In this document: one piece after another, positions 52,783-64,000 of the stretch
Position numbering within the stretch: position 1 is the stretch's first letter
Layout of the letters: each line of letters starts with the position of its first letter
The notes under the pieces: generated by a model
The model's input: only the letters and a program-made list of their open reading frames with translations
Database searches by the model: none
What the model was told of the DNA's origin: nothing
Assembly: GCA_951406725.2 (NCBI GenBank)
Contig: OX597817.1
Location: 86,304,001 to 86,368,000 of the forward strand
Length of the DNA: 64,000 bases
Reading direction: 5' to 3'
Source of the DNA: Octopus vulgaris
Lineage: Eukaryota
Made by a program: the position numbers and the translations under genes

Positions 52783-53379
52783 CCTAATTTTCAGGTTTCC
52801 AAATTTCATTCAAGTCTTAAACCCTACCAGGCTGAGAAACTATCTATACCAAAAGATGAATTTACTAATCAACCATTGTATGATCCTACAAAAGGCAAAC
52901 TTATTTATAGTGGACCTTTGACCAAGACAATAAAAGCAGTTAAGTTGTTTTCTATATCCACCAGTCTTTTAGGTCTGGGTATGCAACCAGTCATTTTGTA
53001 TAACTCTGTAGACACATCATTGCCATTGAAGGCTGCTGTAAGTGTTTTCTTTGCATTTTTTATAGTTGTGACACCATTGTTAATACATATGGTAAGTAAG
53101 AAGTATGTGACTGATGTTTACTTTGAGGACACTTCCAATGTCTTTACTGCTGCTACTTTCAACCTTTTTAGCATGCGTAAGCAACTGACTTTTAAAGCTG
53201 AAGATGTGAATGCTCCAACTCTTACTGGTCCTTTCACAAGTGTGATAATTAAAGGAAAACCCCTTTTTCTGGATCCAAAATTCTTTCTTGATAAACAATC
53301 TTATATTCACTTGATGGGTTTTGACAAACCACTGGACTTGGAGTTGCCAAAATCTATTAAGCAGCAAACTGAAAAATAA
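52783..53379 (+). CDS. TMEM70: TMEM70 exon 2 (mitochondrial inner-membrane ATP synthase assembly factor)
   Basis: Motifs GKLIYSGPLTKTIKAVKLFSISTS, two hydrophobic TM segments, TPLLIHMVSKKYV, and KGKPLFLDPKFF..YIHLMGFDKP are typical of TMEM70. Acceptor tattttcAG at 52781-52782. Predicted product is about 225 aa with exon 1. Confidence 0.9.
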   Translation, partial: PNFQVSKFHSSLKPYQAEKLSIPKDEFTNQPLYDPTKGKLIYSGPLTKTIKAVKLFSISTSLLGLGMQPVILYNSVDTSLPLKAAVSVFFAFFIVVTPLLIHMVSKKYVTDVYFEDTSNVFTAATFNLFSMRKQLTFKAEDVNAPTLTGPFTSVIIKGKPLFLDPKFFLDKQSYIHLMGFDKPLDLELPKSIKQQTEK

Positions 53380-53449
53380 AGTCTCTTGCCTTTGATTTAA
53401 AATATTTTTACTGGATTTTTTAAATTTATAAATTATGCACATGTGTGCG

Positions 53450-53495
<46 letters not shown>

Positions 53496-53810
53496 CTCTC
53501 TCATATTTCAGTAATTCTAGAGTGAATTTGGGGAGCTGTTTCTATATGATTTGTGTTTTGCCAGATTGGATCTTGTTACATACACTCACATATTGTTAGA
53601 TTTATTGTATAACTTTATAGATGTAAAAATAAGTTTGTTTGATTTTACTAGCATGGGTTAGATCAGCATTTCTCAAGTGGGGTTCTCCTGAACCTTAAGG
53701 TTCTGCAAAAGGTTTCTAGAGGTTCCATGAGAAAGTGTGAGATAAGCTAATGTTAATTACATGATCATACATGCACAACATATTATTGGTTATTGTAATA
53801 TTGTAATATT

Positions 53811-54018
53811 CTTTTCTACTCTAAGGCACAAGGCCCAAAATTTTTGGAGAGGGGACCAGTTGATTAGATTGACCCCAGTATGTGACTTAATTTATTGGCC
53901 CCCAAAAGGATGAAAGGCAAAGTCAACCTTGGAGAAATTTGAACTCAGAATGGAAAGACAGACGAAATACTGCTAAGCATTTCGCCCAGCATGCTAATAT
54001 TTCTGCCAGGTTGCTGCC
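53811..54018 (-). mobile_element. tRNA-derived SINE (MetaSINE-like core)
   Basis: Family match to 38196-38764. 18-bp TSD ttgtaatattgtaatatt at 53793-53810 and 54019-54036. Confidence 0.85.
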
Positions 54019-54224
54019 TTGTAATATTGTAATATTACTATATGTATATATGTATAATATATATATATTGTATTCATCTTTGCTTAGATAAAATGAGTAA
54101 ATTGTGGGTGCTAAGTCCCCATGAAGAGGTCTTTCTAACTTGTAAGAAGATGAAATTTTATAAATATTACTTCATTTGTGTCTAATATGTATGGTTAAAA
54201 TTTCATCAACAGCAAAAATATATG

Positions 54225-54731
54225 AATTGTCATGGGGGTTGCGGCCCTTATGCATTGAATATAATTTCCAAATTTCGTAAAGATCCATTCAGTACTTTTA
54301 ACCTAGTTTTGGATCATAAAAGAAATGACTAAAATTTGTGAGTTAAGTCCCCCATTAGGGTGTCTTAGAATCCTCATGAGAAGTGGAAACTTTGAGAATA
54401 CTTCTTGATGTGTGTCGATTACCCATGGTTGAAATTTTATCAACATCAAAAATTTATGAATTTTCATGGGGGTTCTGCCTGCTTTAAGCCATCTGAAATT
54501 CAAACCAAACATATTGCATTATACCCACCCTTATGCATTGAATCTAAGTTCCAAATATCATAAGGATCCATTCGGTAATTTTGGTCCATGAAATTGTATG
54601 AAACACACAGCATTACCCTTCTCCCTACGCTTGGATTTGTGTTCCAAATTTCATTTGGATCGGTGCAGCAGTTTTTGAATGTAAAAGTAACACACGAACA
54701 CACATAAAGATATTGACTTTGATATAATAGA
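54225..54731 (-). mobile_element. Helitron-like non-autonomous fragment with internal subrepeats
   Basis: Repeated ccaaatttc..gatcca/gatcgg units. Plus-strand end acacataaagatattgactttgatatataaga|t resembles the 5' TC end of the other Helitron-like copies. Confidence 0.5.
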
Positions 54732-54809
54732 TGTGAATATATAATAGATATGAATATGCATACATGTATAGATATGAATATACATACATGTACATATATG
54801 TGTATGTAT

Positions 54810-54840
<31 letters not shown>

Positions 54841-54862
<22 letters not shown>

Positions 54863-55415
54863 AAAGATAAATTGCTAGATACAGCTGAGTGGGCAAACAA
54901 AAATATGAGACATTGCCTAGTGCTTTTTTTATGTTGATAAGCCTGGTACTTATTCTATCAGTTTCTTCTTGTCAAACCAGTAAGTTATGGGGATGTAAAT
55001 AAATGAACAGCAGTGTGAAGCAGTGATGAGGGCGAAACACAGAGACAAAGACACACACATACACTTACTTATATACATACATATATGTACGATTGATTTC
55101 TTTCAGTTTCTGTTTATGAAATCCATATGTATGTATATATATATATATGCACACACACACACACACAAAGATAAATTGATAGATACAACTGAGTGGGCAA
55201 ACCAAAATATGAGACACTGCCTAGTGCTTTTTTTATTTTGATAAGCCTGGTACTTATTCTATTAGTTTCTTCTTATGAAACCAGTAAGTTACGGGTATGT
55301 AAATAAGCAAACAGCAGTGTGAAGCAGTGATGAGGGAGAAACACAGAGACAAAGATACACACACAGACTTATATACATATACGATTGATTTCTTTCTGTT
55401 TCTGTCTACAAAATC
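54841..55415. repeat. About 304-bp tandem duplication (SINE tail plus flank)
   Basis: gagtgggcaaac at 54887 and 55191, with colinear downstream sequence. Confidence 0.85.
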
Positions 55416-55539
55416 CTCTGACAAGGCTTTGGTTGGTCTGAGGCTATAGAAGACACATACCAAGTCACCACACAGTGGGACTGAACTCAGGACCAAGTTT
55501 CGGAACCAAGTTTGTTACTACACAGCCACACCTCCACCT

Positions 55540-55607
55540 ATGTAAATATGTGTGTATGGGTGTATATATGTATGCATGTATATTTGTGTATATATATGTG
55601 TACATAT

Positions 55608-55661
<54 letters not shown>

Positions 55662-55845
55662 TCTACACATATAGATGTATACATATACATCTATATCTAT
55701 AGAAATACATCTATACATATACATCTATATATATACATTTGTGTAGATGTATACATATATATATATTATATATATATATTATATATATGTATGTATGTAT
55801 GTATATATGTATGTATGTATGTATGCCTGTATATATGTGAGATAA
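55540..55845. repeat. (AT)n-rich microsatellite
   Basis: Directly visible; further tracts at 44231-44276, 48372-48445 and 56117-56226. Confidence 0.95.
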
Positions 55846-56113
55846 TAGTTTCAGTATTAAAGTGAAATTATTAAAGTAAAAGCATCTGCCATTACAATAG
55901 AGAGATGTTTTTGTTTCACTTTTGACACGTAATACTGAAATAGTGGAGAAGATATGATATTGCTGTGGGCTCGCCCCAGGCAAGAAGTTAAAAATTTCTT
56001 TTGCCCACGACACTACATGGACACTAAGTAAGGCATGTGTAAAATTTGAATGAAATTAGTTGTGTAGTTCTCAAGTTTTAGGGATTCACAGACAGAAAGA
56101 CACACATTCTCAT

Positions 56114-56164
<51 letters not shown>

Positions 56165-56176
56165 AATATTACTATA

Positions 56177-56217
<41 letters not shown>

Positions 56218-56769
56218 ACACACACACTTTGTGAACTACGATGAAAATATATGAGAAAGATATGGTATATAATTTGTTTTTGTCAGAGATTCCTTGAGAC
56301 ATGTAATTTATTTTAAGGGTTACACAAGGGTAAAAAGGTTGAGAAACACTGGGTTAGATGAATATGTTATCGAGGCATTGTTTATATCCAGATGCTTCTC
56401 CAGTCACTAATCCTTATCTATTTATTTAGTAAAAGATCTCTAATTTCAGACATCTTCAAAAGTGCAAAGTGAGTGGACAATTTGTTGACAGGAGAAATGA
56501 CAGCAATATCACTACTTGTATCTCATGGTTTTTTAGAAGTGCAAATTTAAATAAACATGTACACGTACACGTGTTCCCCCTCCCATGAATATATGCAACG
56601 AGTTTCTTTCAGTTTCCATCAATGAAAACCATTCACAAAGCTTTGGTTTGAAGCTTAAGTAGAAGACACTTGTTCTAGGATCTGCACAGTGTGACTGACC
56701 AGAAATCATATGGTTGGTAAGTGTGTATGTATATATATATATATATATATATAATCAAAATCAATTCGA

Positions 56770-57253
56770 TGACTGGCATCTGTGCTAGTGGGGTGCAAAG
56801 AGCACCATACGAGTGTGATCGTTGACAGAGCGGCTATTCAAGTATGATCGTTACCAGCATCGCCTTACTGGCACTTTTGCCTGTGCTAGTAGGGTGCCAA
56901 GAGCACCATCCGAGCGTGATCGTTGCTAGAGCAGCCAACTGGCTTCCGTACCCGTGGCACGTAAAAGAGCACCATTCGAGCGTGATCGTTACCAATGTCG
57001 CTTCACTGGCACGTTTAAAAAGATTTGAGCAAGGTCATTGCCAGTACCGCCTGACTGGCCCCTGTGCTGGTGGCATGTAAAAAGCACCCACTACACTCTC
57101 GGAGTGGTTGGCGTTAGGAAGGGCATCCAGCTGTAGAAACTCTGCCAGATCAAGATTGGAGCCTGGTGCAGCCATCTGGCTCGCCAGCCCTCAGTCAAAA
57201 TCGTCCAACCCATGCTAGCATGGAAAGCGGACGTTAAACGATGATGATGATGA
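56770..57253 (+). mobile_element. RTE-tailed SINE with degenerate internal tandem units
   Basis: Repeated gagcaccat..cgagcgtgatcgtt units, then gttggcgttaggaagggcatccagctgtag and a (GAT)n tail. Confidence 0.85.
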
Positions 57254-57385
57254 TATATATATCAAAAAGTACAATATGGGATAAGAACACAAAACATCCA
57301 AATAGACGATACAAAGAAAACAAGGATGGGTCATTCGGAGTTTTCTTTCCTCAGTCAAGTTCCAGATTATCGTTGCAATTTTGGA

Positions 57386-58639
57386 CTACCTGTGACCCAT
57401 GGGTCACCGGGTAAGTTTGAGTTTTGCTTCATGGGTTTTTTTCTTTCTTTTCCATGTTATTTTGCATGCTTTCAACGAATGTGACATCAAAATCATGCGT
57501 AAACGGCTCCTTTCTCCAGAAAAGGAAAGATTTAGCTGCTATTTCTTGCTACCACGTATTTGGCTGCTATTTCTTGCTACCACGTAACAGGTATTTTGGG
57601 TCCTTTTTCGCAAATAGCTGTTACATGGTGGCAGGATATGCTAGAAATAGCAGCTAAATCTTTGGAGGTAAGATATGTTGAATGCACTTGAAAGAAACCT
57701 ATGGAAAAATACTATTTCTCACTGAGGTTATAAATGGGTCTTTTGCAAAATATTTACTGTATTTTTAAAGTCATTTTCACTTTAAAATATTTTGCCCATC
57801 ATATTGTGTCTAATGGAAAGGTTAGAGTTTCTTCCCTTTCAGGGTTAAGTTATTTTCGAAATATTTTCCCATTATGCACCATTTTGGGTTTTTAAACCCC
57901 AAAACCCTGAATATTTCAATAACTACTGGTCCGATTTATACAAAACTTGTTTAATTCCATTCCTATTCACATTTCGTGGTAGCAGGGTGTGCTAGAAATA
58001 GCAGCCAAATCTTTGGCGGTGACATACATTGAATGCACTTTAAAAAACTATTTCACACTAAGGTTACGAACGGGTCTTTTACGAAATATTTACTGTATTT
58101 TTTAAGTCATTTTCACTTCAGAAAATTTTTTAAATATGCCAAAAAATATTTTTGTAATGGTATTCACTTGAAAATAATTAAAAAAAAAACGTTAAAATAT
58201 TGTCTGTTTAAAAAAGCTAAAATATACATACTTACTGTACAAACAACTTACATTTTTGAAATAGCATTCACTTAAAAATATTTCTAAATGATTAAAATAT
58301 TGTGCTTAAAAAATGTGAAAATAGAAATTGTAAAAAAAAAAATCGTATTTTTGTTGTTGTCAACTCACTGTCTAATAGAAAGGTAAGAGTTTCTTCCCTT
58401 TCAATATGAAGATTATTTTCGGCGCATGTTCCCATTATGCACCATTTTGGGTATTTATACCTTGAAACTTTCTAATATCTTGAAAACTACTTTAGCGATT
58501 TATGTGAAACTTGTTTCATTCCATTCGTATTAGCATGTCAGGTTAAACTTAATTCATGGTATTTTTCCATTATGCGCTAGTTTGGCTGGGTAACAATGCA
58601 AGCAAACAAGATTCAAACTGACTTTTAATATATTATAGA
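57386..58639 (-). mobile_element. Helitron-like element with internal duplications
   Basis: GC hairpin gtgacccatgggtcac at 57392-57407 beside a|ctac (cf. a|ctag). The other end is ttttaatatattataga|t. Internal direct repeats: 57625-57790 with 57975-58125, and 57805-57970 with 58365-58530. Confidence 0.6.
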
Positions 58640-58829
58640 TATACACATATCTTTAATCTTTTACCTGTTCTAGCCATTGAGGTATGGCCTTGCTAGGGCA
58701 CTGCTTTGAACAGTACAGTTGTCACACACTATTACACTGATTCTGCCTGAGTATATTAAGGGTGTATATGTCCATGGAATGCTCAGCTCTTATTAATTGA
58801 TGCAATTTGCATAAAAGGAAAATGAAACA

Positions 58830-59530
58830 CAATATGTCATTCAAAAATAAAGGTATTTTAAAAAATCAAAATATATCGACTAGATTATGACTGGGAGATA
58901 ACAGTTTACTCAAAGTAGCTGCTCTCAACTTCCACCACAGCCTCAAAATAGCTATGGAACTTGGTGGATGCATTCCTCACTGTGTCCCTGGGAAGATCTT
59001 GGAATGCCTCCTTGATCTTAACCACTAGCTTAGCTTTGGTGTTGTAGGCTGAGTGGTTGGTGTTTTTCTCAGCTGTGTCTCAGACATAATAATCCATGGG
59101 GTTATAGTTGGGGAAGTTAGAAGGTCAGAAATCAGGGTTGGTGAAGTTGTAGAAATTCCATGACAACCACCTCTGGCACTTTCCGGTGGTATGACAAATG
59201 GATTCTGCTGTGATATCATACATATGGCCTTCCAGCAGCAACCCTTTTCAGCCAGGAACTGACTACAGTCTTTAGTAGCTTCACTTAGGCATCTGAATTG
59301 AGTCATAGGTTCTGTTCAAAAATGCGCGGATGAATCCTGGTGCATGGATACAGTCAGAATGCCTGCTGTGTCCCTTGCTGCTGGCCATGGCTTTGTAGTC
59401 TCCATTGCAGCTGTCCATGTCATGTCTTGTGACTGTTACAGTGTTCACAGAACATTGCACAGCAGTCATGATGTCAGCATTTTGATATCCAGCAGGAATC
59501 ATCATGATAAAGGTACCTCTTTTTCAGTAT
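58830..59530 (-). mobile_element. Tc1/mariner-superfamily transposase remnant
   Basis: Minus strand IKEAFQDLPRDTVRNASTKFHSYFEAVVEVESSYFE* (typical C-terminus), preceded by a decayed SPDLNPxDY-like segment. Confidence 0.7.
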
Positions 59531-60473
59531 TTAGATGGCTTTAATATTTTGTGCTCTCCAATGCTGTTGACTGTTCACCAATACATCAAGCTGTTCCTGA
59601 GAAAGAGAGGCATAAAAAAAAAATCAAATTTAACCTGAACATCGTGTGTGAGTGTATACACACATGCATGCATGCTCTTGAATAGGCTTTCAGTTTCTGT
59701 CTATCAAATCTACTCAAAAGGCTTGGGTTGTTCTTGGGCTCTAGTAGAAGACACTTGCTGAAGATCTCACACAGTGAAACTGAACCTGAAAGTTTTGGAA
59801 GAAAAATGTTGACAGTGACTTTGAAGTTTTTTTGCTTCACCACCATTGTCGCATTGTGATTTACTTTGGGATGGGTGGGTTCTTTCTGACTTTATACAGT
59901 CTGTGGCAAATATATTTTTTTTGTAGTAGGGGGAGCTATGTGAAATGATAATTAGGTGTGGTACAGGTAGCTAAAGGAAGTAGATATGTAGGAATGGGAT
60001 AGAACGTATGGTAAGGAGATATCTTTTGCATGGAAGTAACTGTGTAAACAGGTATGTCAAATTCAAGTTATAGGATTCTTTGTATACAAAATTGGTTTTG
60101 TTCTGTTTAATTGTTCACTAAGGAATGTTTGTAGATAAATTAGTTGGTCACACAGCATAGGTCAGACTGAAGTTGTATTGGTGTTTTGTGAGGTTTAGGA
60201 CAGGAGATTATGTTACTATAAATATTATTTGTGGTTTTCTAGCTTATTTAGGCATGGTTATTTGTATTGATATTATTTTAGGGAAATGCATTCACATAAT
60301 TCCATGTCACTTCTTATACATCCAGGTGAATGCCGAAAGGGTGATGCATTGACCTATAGGTATATGTATCTATATGGAAATAAAAGAGATATACATGTAT
60401 AAGCAATATATAAATATAGTAAAAAAAAATCTGTTATATTTGATTAAAATAGCCATCTGTGTATGATACTTAA

Positions 60474-60689
60474 CCCTATAGCATTTAAACTAGCCATATC
60501 CAACCCAAATATTCCACCTATTTTATGTTCAAACCAGCCAAATCCAGCTTCTTACACCTATCCAATGATGTCATTCTAAAAAATATCATATCATCGAAAT
60601 TTTAAAGCTGTGAGATAATGCATAATAAATCCAAAACAATGTAAATGAATGAGCATTACATTCAACAAAGTAATCTGAATGTTAAAGGG
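60474..60689. mobile_element. piggyBac-type MITE
   Basis: TTAA-ccctatagcatt ... aatgttaaaggg-TTAA; 10/12 TIR match. Confidence 0.75.
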
Positions 60690-62120
60690 TTAATGCAGTA
60701 CATCACAAGAAGGTAAATTATTTATGTATTCATTCAAAGATAATATCTTATATGGATGTACTGTATTTAAAAACACTAATATATCAGTAACGAACAAAAA
60801 TTGTCTATCAATAATGGTGTGGAGACTAGATGTGCATTTCTACCTCATTAGGCTTTTGTCAATAACATGTACTCACTGCCAAGAGCATGCCAAGACAAAA
60901 TCTGTTGCTACTAATTCAAGGTTACTTAAAAAATAAACATTACAGAACATTGAATGTTTTCTGTAAAAGAATTTAATGAAAGAAAAGAAATTTTTTTTCT
61001 CTCAAAAGCATCTAAGAAGGTTTTCAAACAATTACAAAATTGTATGGTACATTCAAATTGTTTTCTGAATAGGTCAAGATTTTCATACCTGTGGTACTAC
61101 ACGAACTCACAGAGATACAAGTACTGTAGAATGATGAGTACCATAGCACCATTTATTGCCTTGTTGAAGGCAGACTCAAGTATTTTCTACTTGTTGAGTG
61201 TGAATCCTGTCTTGTGAGCTGACAAACTCATTGTTGTAGTTCGCTGTTCTCTGCTGACATTGGAAACCTGGTATCTTTTGGAATCTGTGAGTATGCTCTT
61301 CACAAGTTGCTGTAAATCGTTTCCAGCTGAATTGATTGTCACATCCAGTAATACAAAAATAAAATTTAACTCCTAAGAAGAAGGTTACCACAGACACAGC
61401 ATTTGCTTTTGCTATGACAGCTGACTGTTGCAACATCTGGAGAATTCTGATTGGTTAAAATTACATAACTTTAAATGTTTGTAATTTCTTTATTATTTAT
61501 TCTTAATATATATGAATGTAATTTTCGTCATCAGTATGCAAAACTACATTCTTTGAAAAAAAATCAGGTGAAAATTTGAAATACTTGAAGTGGTTAGAAG
61601 AAATTTAACATGGTCAGATATGTTCTGAAGTACATTATAGCATACACATGCATGTACATCCAAAATGTAGCAAAGGAGACAATCTCTGTGATTTCCCGCC
61701 CTCATTGTATTGTTCTAATTCTCATGGAAAGTTGATCCTATTACTATGTTCAGTAGTAAACAAGATGTAAGTCTTGTAACAGATACGATTTCCATGTTAT
61801 ATTAAGATTGCTAGAATGCAATTATTACCTTCTACAGCCAGAAAATGGACTTAATCATATACTTTAAAAAAAGAGGAGCACATTGAATTTGTATCCCTAG
61901 GTACACTTTTTGAGCAAGAAACGAGATGGTCAAGGTTGGAATGCTTTTATTGACACTTCTGCACCTTAAAGCTTCATTTAGTGTTAAAGAAGAAAATGAA
62001 ATAATGTATTTAGTTTTACACTAAAATTATTTTGATAATGTAAATCTGTATCTAACTTCAGCATTATTTTAGAGATAAAGTTATAAGATTTAGAGATCAG
62101 CACTTATGCAGCTGTCTTAA

Positions 62121-63207
62121 CCCTTTCGTTACCAAACCGCCCAAAGCCGCCCGAAAAAAATTTTGGTTAATGTGACCAAACCGCCCAAACCCGCCCGTAT
62201 TTACCTATTCATATTTAAATGAGAATATCAGAGCAAATCTCTTTAGTACATTCGTGAAAACAAGTGATTATGCTTCGTAAACAGTTCATCTACAGTTTTG
62301 TACAACGATCGAAGTGTAATTTTAATTCCGTGAATTTTGGGAGATCTCTTTCCGAAATTTGTTCCTATTGTGTTTTCAAAATTTGTAATTCTGACAAAAA
62401 ATGGATACGAATTTCATTATATCAAGCAGCGCGTCAGAATTCGAAGGATTTTCTACTGAAGACCTTCATAAATCTAACTCTATGACTGTAAAAAAAAAGC
62501 ATGTGGTATTTGATAATGAATCTGATGTTTCATTTTCCGAAAGTGAAAACAGTGAATCCGAGAGCTCCGACAGCGATAAAGAAAATGAATTGGCACCTGA
62601 ATGGTGTGAAAATTTAAAAACTGTTTCTTTCGGTGATTTTTCTGAAGAAACTGGACCAAGCCACAGACTTTCCCATGAGAGTAAAGCCTTAGACTATTTC
62701 TTTTTACTTTTTCGAATGAGCCTATTTGAAATCATTACGGCAGAAATGAACTGTTACGCTGAATGTAAACAAAGCGAAAGAAAGGATAGTTTGTGGTTTC
62801 CCACAACCTTAAATGAAATTAAGACTATTTTGCCATAAATATTATTATGGGTATCAGGAAGTTACCCAGAATAACAAATTCTGTCGTAAAATTTTGTTGT
62901 ATACCCAATTGAATATTAGCTAATAACCCATTTTCTATAGCGATGTTTGAACAAAATTTTTATAATTTTATATTTTGTTGAATTTACCTGTATCTACCTG
63001 CAATTAGAGTCACTTTGTGACAAAAATTATAGTATAGAATTGGTTAAGAACATTTCATTAAATTATCTTCCAAAATTCACGTTAATATATTGATAAATAA
63101 AAAAGTTATAGTTGTTTAATGAAACCAAACTAAATTTATGATTATGGTAGAAATTAATCGAAACACATAAGGGGTATATTTTGGTCAGAAATATAGTAAC
63201 GAAAGGG
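62121..63207 (+). mobile_element. Internally deleted piggyBac element with intact ends
   Basis: TTAA TSDs (62117-62120, 63208-63211) and perfect 12-bp TIR ccctttcgttac. ORF 62401-62838 has the acidic N-terminus and ALDYFFLLF..IITAEMNCYA..W.PTTLNEIK of piggyBac transposase; the catalytic core is absent. Confidence 0.92.
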
Positions 63208-63229
63208 TTAATCCATACACATATATAAC

Positions 63230-63990
63230 CATACCAACAGTCTTCTCTCTTGCACACTACATCTGATGCTTCATATACTCAATTTTTCCCTAAAATACCT
63301 TTACACTTTGTCATACTTGCACACTGACATAGTACACCCAATGGAGCCTACTGGCCTCATTTCTTTCAAGCCTTTGTATGTCCTCTATAGTCACAGCCCA
63401 CGTTTCCCTAACATGCAGTAAAACGTGGACTGTGATACAAGTATCATACAATCTACCTTTCACTCTGAAGGAGAAGCCTTTTGTTACGAACAAAGATAGC
63501 CCTCTGAATTGTGTCCAGCTGGTTCTAATTCTAGTAACACCACTTTCAGAGCCTCCTCCACTGTTAATTTGGTCACCAAGGTAATGGAAATTGTCTACGT
63601 CCTCTAAGTTTCCTCTTGGGTATTGAAAGAAATCTTTTTCGTGTGTGTTCTTAGTGTTTATTGTTCCAGCACATCTACTACACACAGATTACTTTCTATG
63701 CTCCCCTTCCAGTGATTCCACTACACAAGTGTACATAGCTTGTACTAGGTACACTGTATGGAATTTCTACCTACACTTTTACTAATATCAAGCAGGGCTG
63801 TTTCCCTAAAGAGATTAGTAATTTGTCTGCTTACTAATACTTCAGCCTTTGGTGAATTAGCTCTAAGGTCCTTTTATTCCACATCTGATATTTCTTTTAC
63901 AATAGTTTCAGCTATAAAAACATGTTCATTAGCATAGAGAATCACTTTTGGATAACTAATTTTAAATTCCTCTGTTATAACCTGGAGGAC
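63230..63990 (-). mobile_element. RTE LINE RT fragment, degenerate
   Basis: LEDVDNFHYLGDQINSGGGSE..RIRTSW..RVKGRLYDTC..ETWAVT. Confidence 0.85.
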
Positions 63991-64000
63991 TATGATAAAT

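Larger units (their letters stand above)
53664..56351. mobile_element. hAT (Charlie-type) non-autonomous element expanded by nested insertions
   Basis: Ends cagcatttctcaa / ttgagaaacactg. Perfect 8-bp TSD ggttagat at 53656-53663 and 56352-56359. Confidence 0.78.

Noticed and set aside
61090-61440. Short ORFs on both strands near 61.1-61.4 kb
   Set aside because: No recognisable domain; probably decayed TE or non-coding sequence.

Overview
AT-rich, repeat-dense metazoan genomic DNA, most likely an octopod cephalopod. This is inferred from the tRNA-derived and RTE-tailed SINE families and the abundant (AT)n/(AC)n microsatellites. Two host genes are supportable. (1) A 613-aa single-coding-exon gene (8077-9918, +) encodes an Egalitarian (Egl)-related protein with an unusual architecture: three Egl-type winged-helix repeats, a cold-shock/OB-fold-like domain in place of Egl's 3'-5' exonuclease-like domain, an acidic low-complexity linker, and a C-terminal Egl-like dynein-light-chain (LC8) motif. 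It is followed by about 7.5 kb of T-rich sequence free of recognisable SINEs that may be a very long 3'UTR. (2) A two-exon TMEM70 gene (51493-51573 + 52783-53379, +). The rest is transposon debris: piggyBac (including one internally deleted element with intact TTAA/TIR ends), hAT-Charlie, Merlin-type MITE, mariner, Helitron-like, Ty3/Gypsy, Penelope (with hammerhead-like motifs), RTE LINE fragments, many SINEs, and two large inverted-repeat pairs. Family assignments come from motifs I recognise by eye; no database searches were run.
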